Virus record (IMG/VR): IMGVR_UViG_3300029787_000005
Coordinates: 32,001-96,000 of that record
From: a virus
Strand: one strand, 5' to 3'
Length of the DNA: 64,000 bases
The translations under genes and the position numbers were made by a program. Positions 51,201 through 59,530 of the stretch are shown one piece after another. Position 1 is the first letter of the stretch. Each line of letters begins with the position of its first letter. The notes beneath the pieces were generated by a model that saw only the letters and a list, made by a program, of their open reading frames with translations, did no database searches and was not told where the DNA came from.

Positions 51201-52360
51201 ACGAGAAAGACTACGAAGCAGCATATACAAAGAACTGGGTTACACAATACGAGAAGAACTATGTCAAATCATACGAAGGATCATTTGATGCTGACTGGGT
51301 AAAGGCTTATACAAAAAATTGGGTTAAGACATATACAACTGATTGGAACAAAACTTATACCAAGACTTATACTAAGTTGTGGACCAAGACATATACAACT
51401 GAGTATGAAAAGGACTATGTTAAAAATTATGTTGCAAGATATCTTACAAACTGGGTAAAGACTTATGAAAAAGCATACGAGAAGTCCTACGCAAAAACTT
51501 ATGAAAGAATATGGACAAAAATTTGGGAGAAAGCATATACTCGCAACTACTCCGCCACATACCTCAAAGACTATACCAAGGTATGGTCACGGGATTATGA
51601 AGGCAATTATACTGGTTTCATCAATTACACTGGACAATTTATTTCAAACTACCTCAAAGACTACGTTGGACAAGTAACAAAAACATTTTCTGGCTTTATT
51701 AATTACAATAAACTGTTTACTAAGAGCTGGGGTCGGATGTATAATAAAGAATATGTCAACGAATGGGCTAAGGTTCAAAACTTCCAAAAAGACTTTGAAA
51801 AAGATTTTGCTAAAGAATACGTAGGTGTGTATACTAAAACATACTCATCTATTCATACGTATGAAGGAACAAGAACTGTAGACTATCAGAAAACATATAC
51901 AGCAGATTATACAAAAGAGTATGCAGCAGACATAACCTATGTCAAGACTTATACAGCTACACGCTCTCAAGGATTTGAAGGAGCATATGAAAAAACATAT
52001 AGTAGTGAGACAGACTATGAAAAAGACTACGATAAAGAATATGAAGCTGTATATAATAGTAACTTTGGTAGCATTAACTTTTCTGCTACACTCAATTTTG
52101 AAAAGGCTTGGACTAAGAACTTTGCAAAATTTTATGATGCAGAATATGCGAAGAACTACGAAGGATATATAGACTACACACAAGACTACAATAAGGCTTA
52201 TGAAGGAACTTTCACAGGATACTTTGAGACAGACTTCATAAAAACTTATTCAATAGATTATTCAAACGACTATATTAAGAGCTATATAAATACATATGTA
52301 GATACAACCAACTATGTGGGAACCGCATCTACACTTAAATTATGGGTGAGGGTTGCTTAA
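48269..52360 (+). CDS. Second [Y/W]xKx-repeat structural protein (1363 aa)
   Basis: About 235-aa Ser/Thr-rich N-terminal domain, about 1110-aa repeat array, and a short C-terminal strand TLKLWVRVA. Confidence 0.8.
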   Translation: MGRPLKIKTSGGGTWIALQEIPDTELTHIVHQVLTEFASSTSGTGTLSVGTDTGTSIGTFTDTNSSTSSTTTVYQNLTSVSESSMVRPVEFGSTIQEASDANINSFIISTALSNLVSNGIGSYVLSTTNPDSDRYTAITPALTDNTTSTSTSYNLYRKTSVATAPAQVIPLKVTGSTVKQMTNTEIKTLTARVRNRIIDTGIGKYAIQAAAPSTGTWVDQGTILDTKIIDSDSDSYSRTYLKTYTKAFAKNYLKTYTGTFVGQYVGTYEKDYQKAYTSAINYEKIYTTVWTKSYSKDFIGVYQGVVNFNRTFEGDFAKDWIKSYSKAYTGFILYAKDYDQTFTGNFHKDYLKGYVGERNYLAEYARDWNKTYTKLYTGEYQKTENFEVNYEGERVVNYNATFAAFYEGEITSAATYVKAYVKDFGNDYAASFSAAANYSGTFNRTYTKDYGRAWTVEFSGPGVFQSEWTKNYTVNYQKAYAKLWTKDWVKQYIVQYEKLYEKSWLEDWVKAYEKDYEAAYDKDWIKNWVKSYSKDWNKDYSADYLKDYGKTYTTDYNKDYITNYEKTYVKAYVGVYNKDYIKAYEKDWVTDYTHNWVKAYLKVWNKDYVKGYEIAWNKVWLGIYTKDWSKDYEKIYVKNWVKSYDADYAKQWLGEYEKNYVKSYDKDYVKAYDRIWSQTYTKIYDAAYTKIWAKDWEKDYVKIYQKNYVKTYSAAYEGSFDENYNKDYVAAYTKIWNKTYTKIWQKDYVTDYTKTYTTDYNKDYTKIYAKAWVGAYTKIYVGPVYYGGFASGSQTTNYTKVWEGSFGANYTKVWVKTYTKDWNKAYTKNWIKNYDADYVKAYDKIYEKAWVKTYTKAYVGVYNKDWNKDYVKDYSKNWVKAYTKNYDKVYNKDWSKDWNVDYVAVYLKNWVKTYDKDYVKAYEGAFDATYTKIWNKDYLKDYAKLWAKDYDKEYEGSFDAAYVKQYAKNWVKAYEASYEKDYEAAYTKNWVTQYEKNYVKSYEGSFDADWVKAYTKNWVKTYTTDWNKTYTKTYTKLWTKTYTTEYEKDYVKNYVARYLTNWVKTYEKAYEKSYAKTYERIWTKIWEKAYTRNYSATYLKDYTKVWSRDYEGNYTGFINYTGQFISNYLKDYVGQVTKTFSGFINYNKLFTKSWGRMYNKEYVNEWAKVQNFQKDFEKDFAKEYVGVYTKTYSSIHTYEGTRTVDYQKTYTADYTKEYAADITYVKTYTATRSQGFEGAYEKTYSSETDYEKDYDKEYEAVYNSNFGSINFSATLNFEKAWTKNFAKFYDAEYAKNYEGYIDYTQDYNKAYEGTFTGYFETDFIKTYSIDYSNDYIKSYINTYVDTTNYVGTASTLKLWVRVA
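48974..52315 (+). repeat. Tetrapeptide array 4, symmetric about a central motif
   Basis: aa 236-1349; degenerate flanks, strict core, and YVGPVYYGGFASGSQTTNY at aa 780-798. Confidence 0.85.
52285..52292 (+). promoter_or_regulatory. T4-type late promoter upstream of the hypothetical/GT/hydroxylase trio
   Basis: Exact TATAAATA about 79 nt upstream of ATG 52371. Confidence 0.55.
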
Positions 52361-52370
52361 GGAGTATATA

Positions 52371-53168
52371 ATGAGTAGTGAAGAAGTAATGGATATTGAT
52401 CCTAGAGCCCATGGCTTTAAGATTGATACGGCCGGTAAGGTCGCTAGCTCAGAAGCAGAGTTAGCAAACAAAAGAATAGATGCTAAAATTCCAGAGTTTG
52501 AAGAAGAAATAGATCATGACATTCCTCATGACAAGGAAGAAGTGGTTGAAGAAGTTTACAAAGAAAGTCTCAGTAAAGATCGTTCAGACCGACTAGGGTT
52601 GGTCAGACCTCCAGATAAGAATATGAAAACATCATGGATGCGTGATCCTGTCGAGGCAGATGATATGGAGGAGATCAAATTGGCAGAAGAAAAAGCTAGG
52701 GAACCTGAATGGCCTTTTGGTGATGGTGAACCAATATATGCATTCTTTAGTAATGATGCAAGGACAGTACTTACATTCTTTCTAAGAATGCCAGATGATA
52801 GAGTTGAGAATCATACTATAGACTCAGCTCCTATGCATGAAGCTGCATGGCATCATCTACGAAAAATCTTCACAGAAGAAATGTTGAATAAGAATACTAG
52901 TCGAGAGATCAATAAGATTCATAGACTGCGTTCCAAAGAAGAAGATGAAGAAAAAGAACGTGAAAGTAAGATGAAGCAAGAAGGGTTGTTCGGTGCTAAA
53001 GTTGAGGCATTTGAACTGGAAGTTGTTAGTAAGTCTACTAATAGAGATTTGAAATCAGCTATCCGTAAATCAAAATCTACTATGGAAGTTATTGCCACTG
53101 TAGGTGCTCTCATTGCTCTTGATCATTTGGAGTCTAAAAAAGAAGATGTCCCAGCAGCAGCCGAATAA
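52371..53168 (+). CDS. Hypothetical acidic protein (possible fibre assembly factor)
   Basis: ORF track 52353..53168; the likely start is 52371 after AAGGAG. C-terminal LFGAKVEAFE...K..IRKSK. Function inferred from position only. Confidence 0.6.
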   Translation: MSSEEVMDIDPRAHGFKIDTAGKVASSEAELANKRIDAKIPEFEEEIDHDIPHDKEEVVEEVYKESLSKDRSDRLGLVRPPDKNMKTSWMRDPVEADDMEEIKLAEEKAREPEWPFGDGEPIYAFFSNDARTVLTFFLRMPDDRVENHTIDSAPMHEAAWHHLRKIFTEEMLNKNTSREINKIHRLRSKEEDEEKERESKMKQEGLFGAKVEAFELEVVSKSTNRDLKSAIRKSKSTMEVIATVGALIALDHLESKKEDVPAAAE

Positions 53169-54033
53169 TGGTTTTCTGTACGTAGGATCTCTGACTAAAC
53201 CATATTATGATGCTGCTGTAATGTCAGCAGAGTCCATTAAGGACTACTGGCCAGAAGCTAAGATAATGTTGTTTACTCATGAAGATTGGGTACAAGAACC
53301 AAGAGACTCTAGAATCTTTGATAAAATTGTTACTGGAGTCCCAGCACATTGTCGAGCTAAGCTATGGGCATTAAATCAAACTATATTTGATAAGACATGC
53401 TATATGGATGCTGACACATATTGTGAGCATGAAGACATAAAGTATATCTTTGATGATCTACCTGATAACTATGATATGGCTATGACTACAAATAGACCAT
53501 ATAATGCTAAGGTTGTCTACTTTAAGAAAGATAGAGAGCTTACTCATTATGAAGAAGAAGACAAGAAGTTAATCTGGGAAGGTGGGGACCCAGATGGCAA
53601 ACCATTGTATGCAGTGCACTCTTGGGAAGAGAATGCCAAGAATGAAGTATACAGAATGTTATGGCATTGTGGAATGTTTATATATAATAATAAGCCGCAT
53701 ACGCTAAAAATGTTACATGCATGGTATACTAATTATAGGGAACAGATTGAAAACAAAAAGACATGGCACGAAAGATTTGAACATCCAAGATCATTGTGGT
53801 TCTGGGATACGTATGCTTTCTGGCGAACAAACTTTTATACAAATTATGAAGTCAAGATTCGTGAGATCCATCCAAAGTGGAACTTTGTAAATGGATACAG
53901 AGAATTTGAATTAAGTGAAAAACATCCAAAAGTTATTCACCACTACACAGTACCAGCTCGACCACAGGATGAAGGATTAATAGATGACCCCAATATATCA
54001 AATACAATCGGAAATTTTGACATACTTAAATGA
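53146..54033 (+). CDS. Nucleotide-diphospho-sugar glycosyltransferase (GT-A)
   Basis: GFLYV, SAESIKDY, RAKLWAL..T.FDKT.YMDADT (DxD), HCGMFIY, WNFV and IHHY motifs. Probable start 53146 (ORF track 53104). Confidence 0.78.
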   Translation: MSQQQPNNGFLYVGSLTKPYYDAAVMSAESIKDYWPEAKIMLFTHEDWVQEPRDSRIFDKIVTGVPAHCRAKLWALNQTIFDKTCYMDADTYCEHEDIKYIFDDLPDNYDMAMTTNRPYNAKVVYFKKDRELTHYEEEDKKLIWEGGDPDGKPLYAVHSWEENAKNEVYRMLWHCGMFIYNNKPHTLKMLHAWYTNYREQIENKKTWHERFEHPRSLWFWDTYAFWRTNFYTNYEVKIREIHPKWNFVNGYREFELSEKHPKVIHHYTVPARPQDEGLIDDPNISNTIGNFDILK

Positions 54034-54757
54034 GTGGCAAGAGTTCATATGGGGACTAGAGCTCCATGAAAACTTTGGTAAAGATAAGAAGTTTAAAGCT
54101 CGAGGTGGCAAGTTCTTTAACGAGAACCGATCAGAGTATGCAAGTTCCGTAGAGTGTTTGATGTCTCTTAAACATGATGAGCATGATGGCTTTCCACCAG
54201 ACTCATATGGATATGACTTTAATCAGATACCACAATGGATCAAGTCAGGATCTATTAGTAAAGATATAGGTGAGCCATTAGCTGAGAAGAGTAAATGGTT
54301 GGATGATAATCTTGGTGCTTATCTTGGATATAGGTTCTGTGCATTAAAGATGTTCTATCCTCCAGAAGGATATATTTCTTGGCATACTAACTGGAACGTA
54401 CCAAGCTACAACATTTTATTTACATACAATCCTACTGGTGATGGTTTCTGGAGACATATTAATCCAACTGGATCAGAGTCACATAGACCTAACATAGGAG
54501 AGAATGAAGAGAACGTAGTTACTATTCCTGACAAGCCAGGTTGGTCATGTAAGGTTGGTTACTATGGACGTAAAGAAGAACATGACAGGATTGTTTGGCA
54601 TACAGCTTATACTAAGGAGCCAAGAATCACATTAGGTTATGTTATCTTTGAAGAAAGTATTTGGAAGAATACAGTTGAAGAGATTGCTGGTAAAGAATTA
54701 GTATGGCCTCTAGCTCCATATGAACCAGAGGCCGTACAAACATCCTTTACTAAATAA
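53984..54757 (+). CDS. Putative Fe(II)/2OG-type hydroxylase (cupin fold)
   Basis: YPPEGYISWHTN, distal WHTA and PRITLGY. HxN replaces the canonical HxD, so the call is tentative. Confidence 0.55.
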   Translation: MTPIYQIQSEILTYLNEWQEFIWGLELHENFGKDKKFKARGGKFFNENRSEYASSVECLMSLKHDEHDGFPPDSYGYDFNQIPQWIKSGSISKDIGEPLAEKSKWLDDNLGAYLGYRFCALKMFYPPEGYISWHTNWNVPSYNILFTYNPTGDGFWRHINPTGSESHRPNIGENEENVVTIPDKPGWSCKVGYYGRKEEHDRIVWHTAYTKEPRITLGYVIFEESIWKNTVEEIAGKELVWPLAPYEPEAVQTSFTK

Positions 54758-55139
54758 ACCTCGATCCAAACTTATTATAGTTCTTATGGGACTTTTTACA
54801 TACGTTCACAAGCACGTAGTATAATATCTTCTCGTGCTTGGATGTCACTGAGTCAGCTAAATTTATACCTGGTACTCTATAGTTACACATAGCATACATT
54901 ATAAACCACAGGTCTCTAGGACCTGTGAAAGTTATATTGTCCAACCCATTGTATGCAATAGCCTTTACATAACCTTGCCATTGATGCTCTGGAGTCATAG
55001 ACTCATGGAGCTCTTTTACAATGGGCTGGATCTTTTTCCATTCTGCATCTTGCTCAGCAACAAACATTTGATTGAACAGTTGCTGACTGTATAGTAACAT
55101 AATAAAGCCATATATTTGGCTGTCAATCATCATTTTCAT
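54750..55139 (-). CDS. Hypothetical protein
   Basis: 129-aa ORF downstream of pstS. Confidence 0.5.
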   Translation of the reverse strand: MKMMIDSQIYGFIMLLYSQQLFNQMFVAEQDAEWKKIQPIVKELHESMTPEHQWQGYVKAIAYNGLDNITFTGPRDLWFIMYAMCNYRVPGINLADSVTSKHEKILYYVLVNVCKKSHKNYNKFGSRFI

Positions 55140-55169
55140 TTTATGTAAACCTTATATATTATCCCTTAT

Positions 55170-56159
55170 TTATTTAAGTTGTGCAGCTAATCTTTTTAGA
55201 GCAGCTGCTCTCTCCTTAGGTTGTAGTGGAATTAATCCTTTGTCAACTAAACGTCCTTCAGGACCAGACATACCATCTGACATAAAATGATCTACATATG
55301 GCTTTAAAGGATAATCATTTAAATGTTCTTTTTTTACATAAAAGTATAGTGCTCTTGAAATAGGATATGATCCATCTGCAATTCCTTCAAAGGTTGGTTC
55401 TTTACCATTTATCGTTGCACCTTGTACTAGATTAGTATTTTCTTCCAAAAATGAAAAACCAAAAATTCCAAATCTTTCTGGATTGCTACCTAACTTTTGA
55501 ATAATGAGATTGTCATTTTCTCCAGCTTCAATATAACCACCATCTTCTCTTACTTGTGAACAACGTGTCTTATAACCATCAGGTCCTTTCTTTTTGATAC
55601 CCATCTTCTTACAAGCCTTATGTAAAACAAGTTCTACAAATGCATCTCTTGTACCTGATGTTGGAGGAGGGCCCATTATTTCAATTTTTCTATTTGGTAG
55701 ACTCTTATTTATATCTGACCATTTTACATATGGATTTTCAATAAACTTTTTTCCATCCCAAACTTCTTTTGAAACAGCCTTGTATAAATCTTTACGTGAA
55801 ATAGTCATTGGTTTAGATTGTTTTGAATTAGCTAAAACAATACCATCATATCCAATATGTACTTCTATTGGTGTTACACCATTCTTTGTACATTTTTTAA
55901 TTTCTGATTTCTTGATTGCTCTACTTGCATTTGTTGCATCTGGATGTTTTTTTCCTACACCATTGCAGAATAATTTCATTCCACCACCAGTACCTGTTGA
56001 TTCTATAACTGGTGTTTTATGTCCTGATTTGCCTAGAGATTCTGCAACAACAGTTGCAAATGGAAAAACAGTAGACGAGCCAACTACTAATAGACTATCT
56101 CGTGCATAGACGGATGTACTCATTACTAGCATAGCTAGCACTAAAAAAACTCTTTTCAT
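55170..56159 (-). CDS. pstS: Phosphate ABC transporter substrate-binding protein PstS
   Basis: Signal peptide; VGSSTVFP, ESTGTGGG.KLFC, NASRAIK, GPPPTSGTRDAF and YPISR.L.FYVK motifs; AAGGAG RBS. Confidence 0.95.
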   Translation of the reverse strand: MKRVFLVLAMLVMSTSVYARDSLLVVGSSTVFPFATVVAESLGKSGHKTPVIESTGTGGGMKLFCNGVGKKHPDATNASRAIKKSEIKKCTKNGVTPIEVHIGYDGIVLANSKQSKPMTISRKDLYKAVSKEVWDGKKFIENPYVKWSDINKSLPNRKIEIMGPPPTSGTRDAFVELVLHKACKKMGIKKKGPDGYKTRCSQVREDGGYIEAGENDNLIIQKLGSNPERFGIFGFSFLEENTNLVQGATINGKEPTFEGIADGSYPISRALYFYVKKEHLNDYPLKPYVDHFMSDGMSGPEGRLVDKGLIPLQPKERAAALKRLAAQLK

Positions 56160-56221
56160 TTTTTTCTCCTTGGGGGTTGTGTCGACGATGACATCATTAT
56201 TTAACTCTCAAAATAGAGTGT

Positions 56222-56252
56222 AGTATTATCATTATATTAAAGTTTAATTACC
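56222..56252 (-). promoter_or_regulatory. Candidate Pho box upstream of pstS
   Basis: GGTAATTAAAC/TTTAATATAAT/GATAATACT on the minus strand: TAAT cores at 11-nt spacing. The region is AT-rich, so support is weak. Confidence 0.3.
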
Positions 56253-56254
56253 AT

Positions 56255-56896
56255 TCAAGTTTCATCTTTATTGACCTTTCCAATAACCATTATACGTTTA
56301 GCACCTAAGAACTCTCTTGACTCTCCATAGAATACCTTTCTAAGATGCCCTTGTGTAGCTAACTCTCCTGCACCTTCAGCACAATTGATGTGTAGCCATT
56401 TAACATTCTTGTTGTTGTTACTTTGTAATACATATAACTTATCTGGATATTGATTTGTTATATGTTTCATATCCATCATATGTTCACAAGAACAATTAAT
56501 AACAACATTGCCTTTGAGATCTAAGTTATCAAACACAACATCTTTATGATTAACTGTTACTTGTGGAAACTCATCTTTGTAAATATGCTGTGCAATATCG
56601 CAAGTATACTCATCAATGTCATATAGATTAATAGGAATATCATAACCAAGACGATTAACAAGCATAGGCACAATGACAATACCATACCAGCTAGCCAAGA
56701 TATCAATGCCTTTAATTTGTCTATCACGGAACCTCGCATCTACTAATGTCTCAACTAACCACCACTTACTTTGTATTTGTGTTTCAAATATACATTCACT
56801 GTAGTCTTTGAACTTGTATATATGCTTGTCAGCTATATATCCCATCCCTTTATGGAACAGCTGGTATGTTCTATCTAATGAATAATGTTGCATCAA
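56255..56896 (-). CDS. SAM-dependent methyltransferase-like protein
   Basis: SK.WL, ILASWYG (motif I-like), YDID, VINCSCEHM, LQSNN and RIMVIG motifs. Confidence 0.7.
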   Translation of the reverse strand: MMQHYSLDRTYQLFHKGMGYIADKHIYKFKDYSECIFETQIQSKWWLVETLVDARFRDRQIKGIDILASWYGIVIVPMLVNRLGYDIPINLYDIDEYTCDIAQHIYKDEFPQVTVNHKDVVFDNLDLKGNVVINCSCEHMMDMKHITNQYPDKLYVLQSNNNKNVKWLHINCAEGAGELATQGHLRKVFYGESREFLGAKRIMVIGKVNKDET

Positions 56897-57552
56897 TCAC
56901 CCCAAAATTGTTTCAACGTTTCTTCCTTATCTTCTACATTATCAAAACATGCAACAACATGATTATCTCTCTTTTTATACTCATCAAGATCATCTGGAAA
57001 CGATGAACCATACTTATATGAGTATGCAAGTTTACTTGGAAAAAACTTTAGCTTATCTCTATGCCTTCTATACATCCAGCCATCCAATCCATAGAATGAC
57101 TTATATACCTTCTCTTTGTTGTCTTGAAAGTCTTTGTATTGTTCTTCAAAATTATTATCTTTAAGATATAGTATTGATGAGTTAACATCACAGTTAAAGA
57201 TATACTTGTTTATATCATTACTGAACCATGTTGTCTTTAATATCTGACCATTATCAACAAACTCTTTTAGTTGACCATGAACAAAGCAATCCAGATCAAG
57301 ATATATTGTATCGTTAGTAAACAATCCAGGTTCAAACAAGTTTACTTTATTCCACCACAATCTATCAAGACAAAATGATTTATAGTTATAGACTTGTATG
57401 TTCTGATCAAACCCTCTAGGATTATCAGTCCAGCATGTAAAGGTATTGACTTGATGTTTGACTTGGTGAAACAATTGGTTAACAAACTCATGTTTGTAGC
57501 CTGTACCAACCTTCATACATACAACATCTAACTTCATAGGTATTGCTTCCAC
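56893..57552 (-). CDS. Glycosyltransferase (GT-A), paralog 3
   Basis: VVCMKVG..Y, TDNP, WWNKVNLF, YLDLD, NSSI and YSYK motifs. Confidence 0.75.
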   Translation of the reverse strand: MEAIPMKLDVVCMKVGTGYKHEFVNQLFHQVKHQVNTFTCWTDNPRGFDQNIQVYNYKSFCLDRLWWNKVNLFEPGLFTNDTIYLDLDCFVHGQLKEFVDNGQILKTTWFSNDINKYIFNCDVNSSILYLKDNNFEEQYKDFQDNKEKVYKSFYGLDGWMYRRHRDKLKFFPSKLAYSYKYGSSFPDDLDEYKKRDNHVVACFDNVEDKEETLKQFWGD

Positions 57553-58295
57553 TCTTTAGCAACCCATCCAGTTTTTATATCTAATGGGTCTGGCTCATGA
57601 TCTTCCATAAAGACACAGACAGCATGATCTGGTCTATACTTATATTTAGCCTCGCTACCTTTGACTGTATAATTGTCTGGATATGCAGCACCTCTATTGA
57701 ATGAGTATACAGATCCTTTTGGATATGTGTGTATCTTATCTCTCCACTTACGCCATAAGTAAGCATCAGCACTATACAACGATTGCTTAATCATCTTATA
57801 GTTCTTACTAAAGTGTGTCCATATCTCATTTGTAACTGGATCAGTATTGTCTACGTATATCAAACTGGCATTAAACAACATAGTTAAGAAATAATTACCA
57901 CCATGCATACCAACATGCCAAGGTGGCATCCAGTCACATGCAATCATTGCTGGTGTTGGTGTTTCAAGTATTCTATCCATTGGACCAAGAAATAAGTTAT
58001 CAAGATCAGTGAATAATATCTTACCTTCTATGCCACATAACTTAGGAGCAAACAATGACATCTTGATACCATCCCAGAAGTACCATTGTTCGTTGTTTAT
58101 TATATCACTCCATAGCCATTGTTCTGTGCATTCAACTGCTTTGATGTCTTCGTCTAATCCTTTTGGATCATCTGTCATACAATAGGATTTGAACTCTTGA
58201 TTGAAATGCTTCTTGGCCATTCTGTGGATTAAGTTTGGATACTCAGGACCAAACTTATCACCCCACTTCATAGTCATCAAGTTAATAATATTCAA
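57534..58295 (-). CDS. Glycosyltransferase (GT-A), paralog 2
   Basis: MKWGDKF..EY, CMTDDP, K.SLF, FTDLD, NASL and YSFN motifs. Confidence 0.75.
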   Translation of the reverse strand: MNIINLMTMKWGDKFGPEYPNLIHRMAKKHFNQEFKSYCMTDDPKGLDEDIKAVECTEQWLWSDIINNEQWYFWDGIKMSLFAPKLCGIEGKILFTDLDNLFLGPMDRILETPTPAMIACDWMPPWHVGMHGGNYFLTMLFNASLIYVDNTDPVTNEIWTHFSKNYKMIKQSLYSADAYLWRKWRDKIHTYPKGSVYSFNRGAAYPDNYTVKGSEAKYKYRPDHAVCVFMEDHEPDPLDIKTGWVAKEWKQYL

Positions 58296-59130
58296 TACTC
58301 CTTATCACATGCTGACGTTCAGTCTTAATAATGTGTTCTTTCTGCTGACGTACAAGATGCATTGATGGATTATCTTTATGATCTTCTGCATTGAGATCAA
58401 CATACTTCTTACCCATACCATTGAGCAATCTAAACACATATGCTTCTCTACGATGGAATGGTTGTTTATCTTTTGCAAAGAACTCTGATCCTTGTTCAGC
58501 TCCAAAGAAGTATGAGTATGCCCAACCTCTTGGTAGAGTGTTGATTATATCTCTGTGGTAATGGTTTATATATTCATCATTGCCTCTGAATTTGAATGCA
58601 TATGTTTCTGGATCATGCATGAACTCTTTTGTAATAAAGTTCATAGAGTGACCATGCCACATCATAATAGAAGAATTAACTAATGCAGCAAACTCAAAGT
58701 CTGGATCAAACCCTGATTGTTTGAATGCTTGTGATTCCCAATCAATAGGTTTCCAATAACAATACAACATAGTAAGTTTATCTTTAACAGCAAAGTCACA
58801 CATTTGATCAAAGTCTCTTTGTATGACTGTATCAAGATCAAAGTATATGTTAAGCCCATCACCAGATATAGATTCATCAAACAGCATCATCTTGTTCCAC
58901 CAACCCCATAAGTTGTATTCATTAACATCTATGATATTAATGCCAGGGACTGCTATAGTTGTTTGATTTGTTAGTAAGTTAAAATTATATGGCTCACTAA
59001 AGTTTGCATCTATCTGAGCCTTTAATTGATATACGTGTTCATCTGTATAGTACTCACTAGGATCAAACTCCATTTGGTATGGAGTCTCAGTGTGTACAGT
59101 TTTGATGCAGTAAATATTAATGCGTGTCAT
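58282..59130 (-). CDS. Glycosyltransferase (GT-A), paralog 1
   Basis: WWNKMMLF, YFDLD, NSSIMMW, GNDEY and YSYF motifs. Confidence 0.75.
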   Translation of the reverse strand: MTRINIYCIKTVHTETPYQMEFDPSEYYTDEHVYQLKAQIDANFSEPYNFNLLTNQTTIAVPGINIIDVNEYNLWGWWNKMMLFDESISGDGLNIYFDLDTVIQRDFDQMCDFAVKDKLTMLYCYWKPIDWESQAFKQSGFDPDFEFAALVNSSIMMWHGHSMNFITKEFMHDPETYAFKFRGNDEYINHYHRDIINTLPRGWAYSYFFGAEQGSEFFAKDKQPFHRREAYVFRLLNGMGKKYVDLNAEDHKDNPSMHLVRQQKEHIIKTERQHVIRSIEYY

Positions 59131-59530
59131 CTATCCACCTTCTTGTAATACTCAAGAATTCATCCACTTTTGTTACTCTCTCTTTATTATCTCTATTGAT
59201 AAGTGCTAGAGGTAACCAATCTTTACATGCTATCCAATCATGTATTGTATGATGGTCACTTATAGTTGACCAAGTCAACCATGTACCGACACCATGATTC
59301 TTCAACTCTCTAAAACATTTCTCTATTGTAAATGCTCTGAGAGTCTTATCAAATTCAAATGGTAGTCTACCAGACGCATGAAACTGTTGAGGGTCTAAGT
59401 ACGCCTGGTACGTATCTTTATAAGTTGCAACATAATAATACTTATACTTCTTATTATTATATAATAATCTTATTGGGTTAAGCTCATCACCTTTTGGCTT
59501 CTCGAAGAATGTTGGCACTAACTTCTTCAT
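59117..59530 (-). CDS. Hypothetical protein
   Basis: 137-aa ORF coupled between the radical SAM and GT genes. Confidence 0.55.
   Translation of the reverse strand: MKKLVPTFFEKPKGDELNPIRLLYNNKKYKYYYVATYKDTYQAYLDPQQFHASGRLPFEFDKTLRAFTIEKCFRELKNHGVGTWLTWSTISDHHTIHDWIACKDWLPLALINRDNKERVTKVDEFLSITRRWIDDTH

Noticed and set aside
38817-52183. Dozens of 60-190 aa ORFs in alternative frames and on the minus strand within the giant repeat genes
   Set aside because: By-products of the 12-nt periodic Tyr/Lys/Thr/Asp codon pattern, which leaves stop-poor shadow frames; they have no RBS and are monotonous I/L/K/H/M sequences.
38783-52360. Possible CRISPR array or DNA-level tandem repeat
   Set aside because: The periodicity is at amino-acid level with varied synonymous codons; there are no identical 25-45 nt repeats with unique spacers and no cas genes.
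55594-56109. 171-aa plus-strand ORF
   Set aside because: Antisense shadow of pstS.
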